Source: Macrostomum lignano (lineage: Eukaryota). From it: a stretch of DNA of 64,000 bases. Of the stretch, positions 25,815-38,675 are shown piece after piece. Position 1 is the first letter of the stretch, and every line of letters begins with the position of its first letter. The stretch lies in assembly GCA_002269645.1 (NCBI GenBank), contig NIVC01001322.1, forward strand, positions 1 through 64,000, given 5' to 3'. The position numbers and the translations under genes are program-made. Below the pieces are notes generated by a model. That model searched no databases. It was not told the DNA's origin and worked only from the letters and a program-made list of their open reading frames with translations.

Positions 25815-27463
25815 TCCTCCTAATACTTCCTAATACTAAAGTTGGTGCGATGTTTGTGCGTCCGTTTGTTGCATAACTCCTCCCAGACTACTTGCAAGTC
25901 AGTGCTGAAACTTATATGGGAAAACTGCAAATTGTCCGAGGATGGCTTTAGGCTATTAAAATTTTGCATTTTCGTATTTTAAGATCCCTAAAAAAGCAGA
26001 AATAATATAACAATAGGGATTACGATCACCTTGCGCAACTCTTAATGATTACGCCACAACAGCTGGCCTATCTGTGTAGTGTATTCTTTTAACTGAGGGG
26101 GTGTAGCCAAGTACAAGTACAAATAGTACAGATTTTTTTAGCGATTGCGCCACAACTGTGTGCACTGAGCAATGGAGCAAATAGAACCCCCCCGTGTTAG
26201 GGATGTTGAGGCGGCAGTGAAATTCAATGAATAAACGTGCGAGCCTCCCCCTGTAGCAGGCAGTCTTAAAAATTCAATGCTCTAAATCAGAAAAATTTAA
26301 ACGTTAACTGTTCCTCGAGTTTTAAACTTTGAAGGGAGAGACTTATATTGCTGGAAAGATCTTGCAACGCTGAGTTCGGGGATATAAGTTGTTTGCTTTA
26401 AATGTGTAAAGAAAAAGCCCAGCATTCGAAAAACGATTTCTATACTTTTACTTTCTGCAAAGATTGTGCTCATTTTTGCAGACGTAATAGATAAAGTTAA
26501 GGGCTTCAATCTCTAACAAACGGACTATACCACTCAGTGTGCTTTAGTGGTGGTGGGGGGTGCGGTCGCTGTGTATTGGAGAGTTGATTTGCATTGCGTA
26601 ATCATTTTAAATGAGACTGCTACTGACTGACTGAGAAATTGATTGCGCCATTAATTTGTTTTATTATCTCTGCCTTTCAATAGGCAGCCCTGTGTATTTG
26701 TTGGACATTGAAATTCAATGCATCAACTTAGGAGTGTCTTTAGCACGCAGTGAACGTACACTCGATTTTTTATGCTTTTACTGTGCTTTTAATCGGAGAG
26801 TTTCAAATGCAAACTGTTCCTCGAGTTTTAAACTTTGAAGGGAGAGACTTATATTGCTGGAAAGATCTTGCAACGCTGAGTTCGGGGATATAAGTTGTTT
26901 GCTTTAAATGTGTAAAGAAAAAGCCCAGCATTCGAAAAACGATTTCTATACTTTTACTGTCTGCAAAGATTGTACTCAGTTTTGCAAGATATAATAGATA
27001 AAGTTGTGGGGGGGGGTTCAACTTCTTACTGCCGCTGTGTATTGGAGGGTTGATTTAGATTGCGCAATCATTTTGTTAACTTTAACTTAGACTGATACTG
27101 GCTGAATGAGAAATCGGTTGCGCAGTAAATTGATTCAACTAAATCGATATTTTTATCGGCGCCTTTCAACCCGAAACTCTGTGCAGCTCTAACCCTAACC
27201 CTAACCACTGATGGCACTGAACCCTGAGAGTTGAGTTCTTTTTGACGGAGAAAATTTCGATTGAGTCCAGTTTTACGGAGAGGATTTCGATGGTTTTCAG
27301 TTTCACGGAGAGGATTTCTGTTTCGCGGAGAGGAGTTTGATGGATTTGGAGATGTTTTGATGATGGGATTCGGGTCATGGGATTCAGCTAAGGGGTTTCA
27401 GGGAATGGAATTCCGGTGATGGGAGTTCTTCCCCTTTCTCCTCCATCGGAGGAGTTGGCCTCG
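25815..27463 (+). mobile_element. Helitron unit 7 (family A variant with internal duplication)
   Basis: Starts TCCTCCTAATACTTCCTAATACTAAAG; hairpin CTCCTCC-ATC-GGAGGAG; ends GGCCTCG. Confidence 0.75.
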
Positions 27464-28950
27464 TAAATACTAAAGTTGGTGCGATGTTTGTCTGTTTGTC
27501 TGTTTGTCCGTTTGTTGCATAACTCCTCCTAGACTACTTGCAAGTCAGCTTTGAAACTTATATGGGAAAACGGCAAGTTTTCCGAGGATGGCTTTAGGCT
27601 ATTTTAATGTTTCATTTTTACGTTTTAAGATCCCTAAAAAAGCAGAAAACGGTGGTCTTGACCTTTGATAATCTTAATTGTCCCCTCTTTCTGCTTGGAG
27701 CTGAAAATTTGCATGAATTTTAGTGATTGCGCCATAAAATTTTGCTATCTTGGCAGTGTATTTTCTCTCCAGTGGGGGGGATGGTCGCGTTCTCAGTGGC
27801 GGCGTGTGTACACTTTTACCTTGGCGCACGGGCTGACTGACTGTATAGAAAATTGCGCAACGATATATGTTCTGATTTTCAATAGGCAGCCCTGTGTATT
27901 TATTTGTTGGACAGTGAATTCAATTTGAATAAACTTGCGAGCATCTTTAGCACGCACTGAACGTACACTCGATGGTTCAATGCTTTAAATCGGGAAATTT
28001 CAAACGCTAACTATTCCTCGAGTTTTTAACTTTGAGAGGAGAGACTTATATTTCTGGAAAGATCTTTCAATACTGAGTTCGGGGATATAAGTTGCTTGCT
28101 TTAAATAAGAAAACTGAAAGCACTGCATTCCATAAAAGATTTCCATACTTTTAACTTTCTGCAAAGAGTGTACTCATTTTGGATTGAATGGGGGTTCGAC
28201 CGACCCCCCAACAGTTGGGGGGGGGGTGGGTTCAATTTCTAACCGCCACTGCGTATTGCAAGGGGTCAGTCTCTGAGCATTGGAGGGTTAATTTAGTTTG
28301 CGTAATAATTTTCACTGAGACTGATACTGGCTGACGGAGAAATGAATTGCGCCATCAATTTGTTTTATTATTTGTGCCAGCAGGCAGTAGTGAACGTACA
28401 CTCGATATTTCAATGCTTTAAAACGGGAACTTTCAAACGCTAAATTCTCTTTGAGTATTAAACTTTGAGAGGAGAGACTTATATTGCTGAAAAGAGCTTG
28501 CAACGCTGAGTTCGGGTATAAAAAATTGTTTGCTTTAAAGTAGAAAAATTAAGGCGGAGCAATGGAAAAAGTTTTTCATACTTTTTACTGTCGGCAAAGA
28601 TTTTATTCATTTTAGGGGTTCATGGGGGTTCCGGGGGTTGGTTTCATCTTCTAACTGCCACTGAGCATTGGAGGGGGTCGGTCGCTGTGTATTGGAGGGT
28701 TGATTTACAATAGATTGCGCAATCTTTTTGCTAACTTTATACTGACTGCCTGAGAAATCGGTTGCGCAATCAATTGATTCAATTAGTTCAATATTTTATT
28801 GGCGCCTTTCAACCCGCTGCTGTGTGTAGCTCTAACCCTAACCCTAACCAATGAATTCTGAGAGTTGAGTTTAGCTGATGGAGTTCAGGGAATGGAATTC
28901 CGGTGATGGGAGTTCTTCCCCTTTCTCCTCCGAAGGAGGAGTTCCACTCG
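27464..28950 (+). mobile_element. Helitron unit 8 (A-type 5' end, B-type 3' end)
   Basis: Starts TAAATACTAAAGTTGGTGCG; ends TTCCACTCG. Confidence 0.75.
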
Positions 28951-31275
28951 TACATATACTAAAGTTGACGTGTTGTTTGTCTGTGTGTCTGTCATTTCGA
29001 CAACTCCTCCTTGAATAGTGGCAACTCAGCGTTGAAACTTATATGGGAAGATTGGAAATTATCCGAGGTCGGCTATAGGCTATTTTAATTCTGAAATTTT
29101 AATTTCTAAGATCCTCAAAAAAGCAGAAAACGGCGGTCTTGACCTTTGATAGTCTTAATTGTCCCCTCTTTCTGCTTGGAGCTGAAAAATGCATGAATTT
29201 TTTGTGATTGCGCCACAACTTTTCCCTATCTCTGTACTGTATTTTCTTTCCAGTGGGGGGTGGGAGCGTTCTCAGTGGCTGCGTGTGTACACTTGGACCC
29301 TGGCTGACTGGCTGACTGTAAAGATAATTGCGCAATGAAATGGCTACTGATAAGTTTTCGTGCCTTTCAATGGGCAGCTCTGTGTATTTGTTGGACATTG
29401 AAATTCAATGCATCAACTTGCAAGCAGGCAGTGAACGTACACTCGATACTTCAATGCTATAAATCAGACAGTTTCAAACGCTAACTGTTCCTCGAGTTTT
29501 AAACTTTATGAGGAGACACTTATATTGCTGGAAAGATCTTGCAACGCTGAGTTCGGGGATATAAGTTGTTTGCTTTATATATAAAAACTAAAAGCTCTGC
29601 ATTGGGAAAACTATTTCCATACTTTTAACTTTTTGCAAAAATTGTACTCAGTTTTGCGAGACGGAATAGATAAAGTTGGGGGGAGGGTTCAACTTCTCAC
29701 AGCTGCTGTTTATTGGAGGGTTGATTTAGATTGCGCAATGTTTTTGTTAACTTTAACTGAGACTGATACTGACTGACTGTGAAATCGGTTGCGCAATGAA
29801 TTGATTCAATTAGTTCAATATTTTTATCAGTGCCTTTTAACATGAAGCTGTGCGTAGTTCTAACCCTAACCCTAACCCTAACCAATGAATCCGGAGAGTT
29901 GAGTTGTTTGACTCAAAAAAATTCGATTGAGTCCAGTTTAGCGGAGACGATTTCAATTTTTTAATTTTGACGGAGAGGATTTCTGTTTCGTGGAGAGGAT
30001 TTCGATGGTGTTCAGTTTCACGGAGAGGATTTCGATGATGTTCAGCTTCACGGAGAGGATTTCTGTTTCGCGGAGATAACCTATGATTGATTTCTGTTTT
30101 ATGGAGACGATTTCTGTGATTTTGATGGATTTAAGTTTCAAGGAGAGGATTTCGAAGGAGTCCAGTTTCAGGGAGAGGATTTCGATGGTTTTCAGTTGCA
30201 CGGACAGGATTTCTACTTCGCGGATGGGATCTTGATGGATTTGGCATCTTCAATCAGTCAGAGAAGAGAGTAAAGAGAAGAAGGAAAAGAGAAGAGAGAT
30301 AAGATGGTAGAAAACAGAGTAGAAATGAGTGGAGAGATTAGACATGACAAATAGGAGAGAAGAGGGTAGTAAGGCGGGAACGAAGGAGAGAGAAGAGAAG
30401 ATGAGAGAGGAGATGAGAGGGGAGATATGTGATAGCAAAGGGATACAAGAGAGATAATAGGAGAGAGAATAGATGAGGGATAAGAGCGTACAGAGGAAAT
30501 AGAAGAGAGGGGAGAGTAGAGGAGAAAGAAAGAGTGAGATGAGGGGATGAGGGATGAGAGAGGAGGGAAGACATGAGAGAGAAGAGAGGAGAAAAGAGGG
30601 GAGAAAGGAGACAGAAGAGAGTAGAGACGAAAGACCAGGGAGAAGATATAAATAAGGTAGTAGAGATGAGAGGAGAGAGAGGAGAGATGAGAGATGCAAT
30701 GAGAAAAGAGATGAGTGAGAAAATAAGAGAGAAGAGATTAGAGATTAGAGAAGAGATGAGGGGAGATGAGAGGAGAGAAGAGAGAATGGAGAGGAGAGAA
30801 AAGAAAGGAGAGGAGACAGGTGATGCAGTAGAAAGGAGGGAAGAAAAATGGGAGATAAGAAAGGAGAGGTTGAGAGCGTATAAGAGATACGAGAAATGAG
30901 AGCAGAGAGAAGAGAGAAAAGGGGAGAGATAAGATAGAAGATAGGAGAGTAGACAGGAGAGGGAGAAGAGAAAGACGAAAGACGAGGGAGAAGAGATAAA
31001 TAAGGGAGTAGAGATAAATAAGAGAGTAGGGGTAGAGATGAGATGAGAGAGAGGAGAGAGAAGTGAGTCACGATAATAGCGAAGAGAGGAGAGAGTAGAT
31101 ATGAGAGACGTGAGAGTCTTTGAGCTATGGTCTTTGAAAGGTTTGTAAAGAATTTGGAGACGATTTGGAAGATGGGGTTCAAGACATGGAATTTCAGTTG
31201 ATAGATAATTCAGGGAATGGAATTCCGGTGATGGGAGTTCTTCCCCTTTCTCCTCCGAAGGAGGAGTTCCACTCG
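28951..31275 (+). mobile_element. Helitron unit 9 (family B)
   Basis: Starts TACATATACTAAAG; B-type end. Confidence 0.8.
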
Positions 31276-33721
31276 TCTATATATACTAAAGTTGACGTGT
31301 TGTTTGTCTGTCTGTCTGTCTGTCATTTCGACAACTCCTCCTTGAATAGTGCCAACTCAGCGTTGAAACTTATATGGGAAGATTGGAAATTATCCGAGGT
31401 CGGCTATAGGCTATTTTAATTCTGAAATTTTAATTTCTAAGATCCTCAAAAAAGCAGAAAACGGCGGTCTTGACCTTTGATAATCTTAATTGTCCCCTCT
31501 TTCTGCTTGGAGCTGAAAATTTGCATGAATTTCAAGTGATTGCGCCACAACTTTTCCCTATCTCTGCAGTGTATTTTCTCTCCAGTGGGGGGATGGGGCG
31601 TTCTAAATGGCTGCCTGTGTACAATCGGACCCTGGCTCACTGGCTGACTGTATAGACAATTGCGCAAAGATTTGTTCTAATTTTCAATAGGCAGCCCTGT
31701 GATTTTGTTGAACCTTGAAATTCAATGCATAAACTTGCAAGCAGGCAGTGAACGTACACTCGATACTTCAATGCTATAAATCAGACAGTTTCAAACGCTA
31801 ACTGTTCCTCGAGTTTTAAACTTTGAGAGGAGAGACTTATATTGCTGGCAAGATCTTGCAACGCTGAGTTCGGGGATATAAGTTGTTTGCTTTAAATATG
31901 AAAAGAAAAAGCACAGCATTTGAAAAACTATTTCCATACTTTTAACTTTCCGCAAAAATTGTACTCAGTTTTGCGAGACGTAATAGATAAAGTTGGGGGG
32001 AGGGTTCAACTTCTTACTGCTGCTGTGTATTGGAGGGTTGATTTAGATTGCGCAATGTTTTTCTTAACTTTAACTGAGACTGATACTGACTGACTGTGAA
32101 ATCGGTTGCGCCATCAATTTGTTTTATTATCTGTGCCTTTCAATAGGCTGCCCTGTGTAATAGCCGGCCTGTGTAATGAATGAATAAATTTGCGAGCCTC
32201 TTTGGCAGGCAGTGAACGTACACGCGATATTTCAATGCTTTAAAACGGGAACTTTCAAACGCTAACTGCTCTTCGAGTTCTAAACTTTAAGAGAAGACAC
32301 TTATACTGCTGAAAAGATCTTGCAACGCTGAGTTCGAGGATATAAATTGTTTGCTATAAATATAAAGACTAAAAGAGCAGCATCAAAAAAACTATTTCCA
32401 TACTTTTAGCTTATGCAAAGATTGTACTCATTTTTTGGTTCAATGCCCCCAACAGATGGGGGTTCAATTTCTAACTGCTACTGCGTATTGAAAAGGGGTC
32501 GGTCTCTGTGTACAGGAGGGTTGATTTAAATTGCGCAATCTTTTTGTTAACTTTAACTGAGACTGATACTGACTGACTGTGAAATCGGTTGCGCAATCAA
32601 TTGATTCAATTGGTTCATTTTTTATTTGAACACGCAGCTGTGTGTAGCTCTAACCCTAACCCTAACCCTAACAATAACCCTAACCAATGAATCCTGATAT
32701 TTATTCTTTTTGACGGAGAAAATTTCGATTGAGTCCAGTTTAAAAGAAAGAATTTCGATGGTTTTCAGTTTCACGGAGAGGATTTCGATGGTCCTCAGTT
32801 TCACGGAGAGGATTTCGAAGGAGTCCAGTTTCAGATGAGTCCAGATGAGAGAGGAGGGGAGAGAGAAGAGAGGAGAAAAGACGGGAGAAAGGAGACAGGA
32901 GAGAGTAGAGACGAAAGACCAAGAAGATATAAATAAGGTAGTAGAGATGGGAGGAGAGAGGAGAGAGGAGAGAGATGAAAGATCAGAGATGAGAGAGTGT
33001 AGAGAGGAAAGTAGTGAGGAGAGGAGAGATGAGAGATGCGATGATAAGAGATGAGTGAGAACATAAGAGAGAAGAGATAGGACATTAGAGAAGAGAGGGG
33101 AGAAGAAGAAAGGAGCAAGGAGAGGAGAAAAGAGAGAATGGAGAGGATAGAAAAGAGAGAAGAGAAGAGACAGGGGATAGTGGTAAGGAGGAAAGAAAGA
33201 TGGGAGACAAGAAAGTAGAGTGTGAGAGCGTATATGAGATATGAGAAATGAGAGCAGAGAGAAGAGAAAGAGAAGAGAGAGAGAGGGTTAAGAGATACGA
33301 TAGATAAGTGAGTAGAGATGACATATGAGAGAGGAGAGAAGAGGGAGAGATAAGAGAGAAGAGAGGAGACAGGAGACAGAAGTGAAGAGGAGAGATATGA
33401 GAAAGAGAGGAGACAAGAGACAAGAGAAGGTACAGACGAAAGATGAGGGAGAAAACATAAATAAGGGAGTACGGGTAGAGATGAGATGAGAGAGACGAGA
33501 GAGAGTAGAGTCACGAAAATTGCAAAGAGAGGAGAGAGGAAATATGAGAGACGTGAAAGTCTTTGAGCTATGGTCTTTGAAAGGTTTTGTAAAGAATTTG
33601 GAGACGATTTGGAAGATAGGGTTCAAGACATGGAATTTCAGTTGATGGATATTTCAGGGAATGGAATTCCGGTGATGGGAGTTCTTCCCCTTTCTCCTCC
33701 GAAGGAGGAGTTCCACTCTCG
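31276..33721 (+). mobile_element. Helitron unit 10 (family B, intact 5' end)
   Basis: Starts TCTATATATACTAAAG; internal duplication; B-type end. Confidence 0.8.
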
Positions 33722-36011
33722 TACATATACTAAAGTTGACGCGTTGTTTGTCTGTCTGTCATTTCGACAACTCCTCCTTGAATAGTGGCAACTCAGCGTT
33801 GAAACTTATATGGGAAGATTGGAAATTATCCGAGGTCGGCTATAGGCTATTTTAATTTTAAAATTTCACATTTTAAGATCCCTAAAAAAGCAGAAATAGT
33901 AGAACAATAGGGGAATATGCCCATCTTGCGTAATTTGCATTGATTGCGCCACAACAGCTGGCCTATCTGTGCAGTGTATTCTTTCAGCTAAAGGGGTGTA
34001 GCAGGGCCAAATTACATAAATTTTTAGCGATTGCGCCACAACTTTTTTCTATCTCGCCAGTGTATTTTCTCTCCAGTGGGGGGATGGTCGCGTTCTCAGT
34101 GGCGGCGTGTGTACACTTGGACCCTAGCTAACTGGCGGACAGTGAAATTCAATGCATCAACTTGCGAGCCTCTTAGCAGGCAGTGAACGTACACTCAATA
34201 TTCCAATGCTTTAAATCAGAAAGTTTCAAATGCTAACTGTCTCTCGATTTTTTAACCTTCAGAGGAGAGACTTATATTGCTGGAAAGATCTTGCAACGCT
34301 GAGTTCAGGGATATAAGCGACCATTCCAAAAGTTGTGGAAAGATTGCGCCACAACTTTTTTCTATCTCGCCAGTGTATTTTCTCTCCAGTGGGGGGATGG
34401 TCGCGTTCTCAGTGGCGGCGTGTACACTTGGACCCTAGCTAACTGGCGGACAGTGAAATTCAATGCATCAACTTGCGAGCCTCTTAGCAGGCAGTGAACG
34501 TACACTCAATATACCAATGCTTTAAATCAGAAAGTTTCAAACGCTAACTGTTGCTCGATTTTTGAACTTTGAGAGACGAGACTTTTATTGCTGGAAAGAG
34601 CTTGCAGCGCTGAGTTCGGGGATATAAGTTGTTTGCTTTAAATATGATAATAACTAAAAATACGGCATTCAAAAAACGATTTCCATACTTTTGCAAAGAT
34701 TGTACTTATTTTTGCGACAGGTCAGAGATAAAGTTGGGGGGTTCAACGTCTACTTGCCACTGCGTATTGGAAGGGGGCGGTCGCTGTGTATTGGATGGTT
34801 GATTTAAATTGCGCAATCATTTTGTTAACTTGAACTCAGACTGATACTGACTTATTGAGAAATCGATTGCGCAATCTGTTGCTTCAATTAGTTCAATTTT
34901 TTATTATCGCTGCCTTTCAACACGCAGCTGTGTGTAGCTCTAACCCTAACCCTAACCCTAACCCTAGCCACTGAATCATGAGAGTTGAGTTCTGTCTGAC
35001 GAAGTAAATTTCGATTGAGTCCAGTTTCACGGAGAGGACGTTTTGTCTTCGGAGAGGACTTGGATGATGGAACTCGGGTCATGGAATTCAGCTAATGAAG
35101 TTCAGGGAATTGAATTCTGGTGATGGGAGTTCTTCCAATGGGAGAGAAAAGAGAGTAGATATGAGAGAGGAGAGATTAGAGATGACATACGGGAGAGAAT
35201 AGGAGAGTAAGGCGAGAATGAAGAGGGAGAGAGAAGCAAAAGGAGAAGAGAGAGAGGAGAGAGGAGAGAGATGAAATATCAGAGATAGAGAGTGTAGAGA
35301 GGAAAGTAGTGAGGAGAAGAGAGATGAGAGATGCGATGAGAAGAGATGAGTGAAAACATAAGAGAGAAGAGATTAGAGATTAGAGAAGAGAGGGGAGAAG
35401 ATGAAAAGAGAAAGGAGAGGAGAGAAGAGAGAATGGAGAGGATAGAAAAGAGAGAAGAGAAGAGACAGGGGATAGTGGTAAGGAGGAAAGAAAGATGGGA
35501 GACAAGAAAGTAGAGTGTGAGAGCGTATATGAGATATAAGAAATGAGAACAGAAAGAAGAGAAAAGAGAAGAGAGAGAGAGGGTTAAGAGAGACGATAGA
35601 TAAGTGAGTAGAGATGACATATGAGAGAGGAGAGAAGAGGGAGAGATAAGAGAGAAGAGAGGAGACAGGAGACAGTAGTGAAGAGGAGAGATATGAGAGA
35701 AGAGAGGAGACAAGAGGAGAGGGTACAGACGAAAGACGAGGGAGAAGAGATAAATAAGGGAGTAGGGGTAGAGATGAGATGAGAGAGAGGAGAGAGAAGA
35801 GAGTCACGATAATAGCGAAGAGAGGAGAAAGGAGATATGAGAGACGTGAGAGTCTTTGAGCTATGTTTTTTCAAAGTTTTGTAAAGAATTTGGAGACGAT
35901 TTGGAAGATAGGGTTCTAGACATGGAATTTCAGTTGATGGATATTTCAGGAAATGGAATTCCGGTGATGGGAGTTCTTCCCCTTTCTCCTCCGAAGGAGG
36001 AGTTCCACTCG
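33722..36011 (+). mobile_element. Helitron unit 11 (family B, composite)
   Basis: Starts TACATATACT; about 300-bp internal duplication (34030-34625); aborted 3' end near 35135 fused to an AG tract; B-type end. Confidence 0.75.
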
Positions 36012-38675
36012 TACATATACTAAAGTTGACGTGTTGTTTGTCTGTCTGTCTGTCTGTCATTTCGACAACTCCTCCTTGAATAGTGGCAACTCAGCGTTGA
36101 AACTTATATGGGAAGATTGGAAATTATCCGAGGTCGGCTATAGGCTATTTTAATTTTGAAATTTTAATTTCTAAGATCCTCAAAAAAGCAGAAAACTGCC
36201 TTTTTGACCCCCAATAACCTTCTTTGGCCACTCTGCCTGGGGCTGCAGCCAGTTTGTAAAAATAGCCACCCCAACCTCCGCCCGCGGGCCGCTGTGTATT
36301 GAGGGGTGGTGGGTGCGCGTGTTCTGCGTTCAATGCAAATAAAACCCCCGCGTGTCGGGGGGGTTCAGTTAAATTTAATGATTCCCCCGGAACGGGGGGT
36401 TGGGCTTGGGCTGAGTGTACATAGCTGTTGTGAACAGATAAAACTGTGCAGAGATTCAATTGGTTTTATTATCGGCCCTGTGTTATGTGTATTAGCTGGG
36501 CAGTGAAATTCAATGAACAAACTTGCGAGTCTGTCAGGCAAGCAGTCGGGAAATTTCAAACGCTAACTGTTTCTCGAGTTTTAAACTTTGAGAAGAGAAA
36601 CTTATATTGCTGGAAAGATCTTGCAACGCTGAGTTCGGGGATATAAGTTGTTTGCTTTAAATATGAAAAGAAAAAGCACAGCATTTGAAAAACTATTTCC
36701 ATACTTTGAACTTTCCGCAAAGATTGTACTCAGTTTTGCGAGACGTAATAGATAAAGTTGGGGGGAGGGTTCAACTTCTCACTGCTGCTGTGTATTGGAG
36801 GGTTGATTTAGATTGCGCAATGTTTTTGTTAACTTTATCTGAGACTGATACTGACTGACTGTGAAATCGGTTGCGCAATGAATTGATTCAATTAGTTCAA
36901 TAGTTTATCAGTGCCTTTTAACACGAAGCTGTGCGTAGTTCTAACCCTAACCCTAACCCTAACCAATGAATCCGGAGAGTTGAGTTGTTTGACGGAAAAA
37001 ATTGATTGAGTCCAGTTTAGCGGAGACGATTTCAATGTTTTAATTTTGACAAAGAGGATTTCTGTTTCGTGGAGAGGATTTCGATGGTGCTCAGTTTCAC
37101 GGAGAGGATTTTGATGATGTTCAGCTTCACGGAGAGGATTTCTGTTTCGCGGAGTTAAATTTATGATTGATTTCTGCTTTATGGAGACGATTTTGATAGA
37201 TTTAAGTTTCAAGGAGAGGATTTCGAAGGTGTTCAGTTTCACGGAGAGGATTTCGAAGGTGTTCAGTTTCACGGAGAGGATTTCGTTGATGTTCAGCTTC
37301 ACGGAGAGGATTTCTGTTTCGCGGAGATAATTTATGATTGATTTATGTTTTATGGAAACGATTTTGATGGATTTAAGTTTCAATGAGAGGATTTCGAAGG
37401 AGTCCAGTTTCACGGAGAGGATTTCGATGGTTTTCAGTTGCACGGACAGGATTTTTCTGCTTCGCGGAGAGGATCTTGATGGATTTGGCATCTTCAATCA
37501 GTCAGAGAAGAGAGTAAAGAGAAGAATGAAAAGAGAAGAGAGATGAGATGATAGAAAACAGAGTAGAAATGAGTGGAGAGATTAGACATGACAGATGGGA
37601 GAGAAGAGGGGAGTAAGGCGGGAACGAAGGAGAGAGAAGAGAAGAGGAGAGAGGAGATGAAGGGAGAGGATATGAGAGAGGAGATATGAGATAGCAGAGA
37701 GGAGACAGGAGAGAGAAGAAAGGAGGGATAAGAGCGTACAGAGGCAATAGAAGAGAGGAAAGAGAGGAGAGAGGTGAGAGGTGAGAGGTGAGAGGAGAGA
37801 GATGAAAGATCAGAGATTTAAGAGAAGAAAGTAGGGAGGAGAAAGAAGAGGGTAAAGATGAGAGTGCAGAGAGGAGAGAAACGAGAGGAGACAGGTGGTA
37901 GAAAGGAGTGTAAAAAACAGGAGATAAGAAAGGAGAGGGTGAGAGTGAGAGCATATAGGAAAGTGTAAAAGGGGAGAGAGAATAGATAAGTGAGTAGAGA
38001 AGAGATATGAGAGAGGAGAGATTCGAGATTAGAGAAGAGATGAGGGGAGATGAGAGGAGAGAAGAGAGAATGGAGAGGAGAGAAAAGAGAGGAGAGGAGA
38101 CAGGTGATGCAATAGAAAGGGAAGAAAGATGGTAGATAAGAAAGGAGAGGGTGAGAGTATATAAGAGATACGAGAAATGAGAGAAGAGAGAAAAGGGAAG
38201 AGAGAAAGTAGAGCGGAGACGATAGATAAGTGAGTAGAGATGACATATGAGAGAGGAGAGAAGAGGGAGAGAGAAGAGAGAAGAGAGGAGACAGGAGACA
38301 GAAGTGAAGAGGAGAGATATGAGAGAAGAGAGGAGACAAGAGACAGGAGAGGGTACAGACGAAAGACGAGGGAGAAGGGATACATAAGGGAGTAGAGATG
38401 AGAGGAGAGAGAGGAGAGACTAGATATAAGATAGCAAAGACGAGAGAGCAGAGATGAGAGACTAGAGATGGAAAGCAGATTAGAGAGAAGAGATAAGAGA
38501 CTACATTGTAGAGATAAGAGGGCAAAGAGGAGAGCAAAAAGGCTTTACAGAGGATTTGGAGATGATTTGGAAGATGGGATTCAAGTCATGGAGTTTCAGC
38601 TGATGGATTTCAGGGAATGGAATTCCGGTGATGGGAGTTCTTCCCCTTTCTCCTCCGAAGGAGGAGTTCCACTCG
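36012..38675 (+). mobile_element. Helitron unit 12 (family B)
   Basis: Starts TACATATACT; divergent GC-rich segment 36195-36545; B-type end. Confidence 0.75.
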
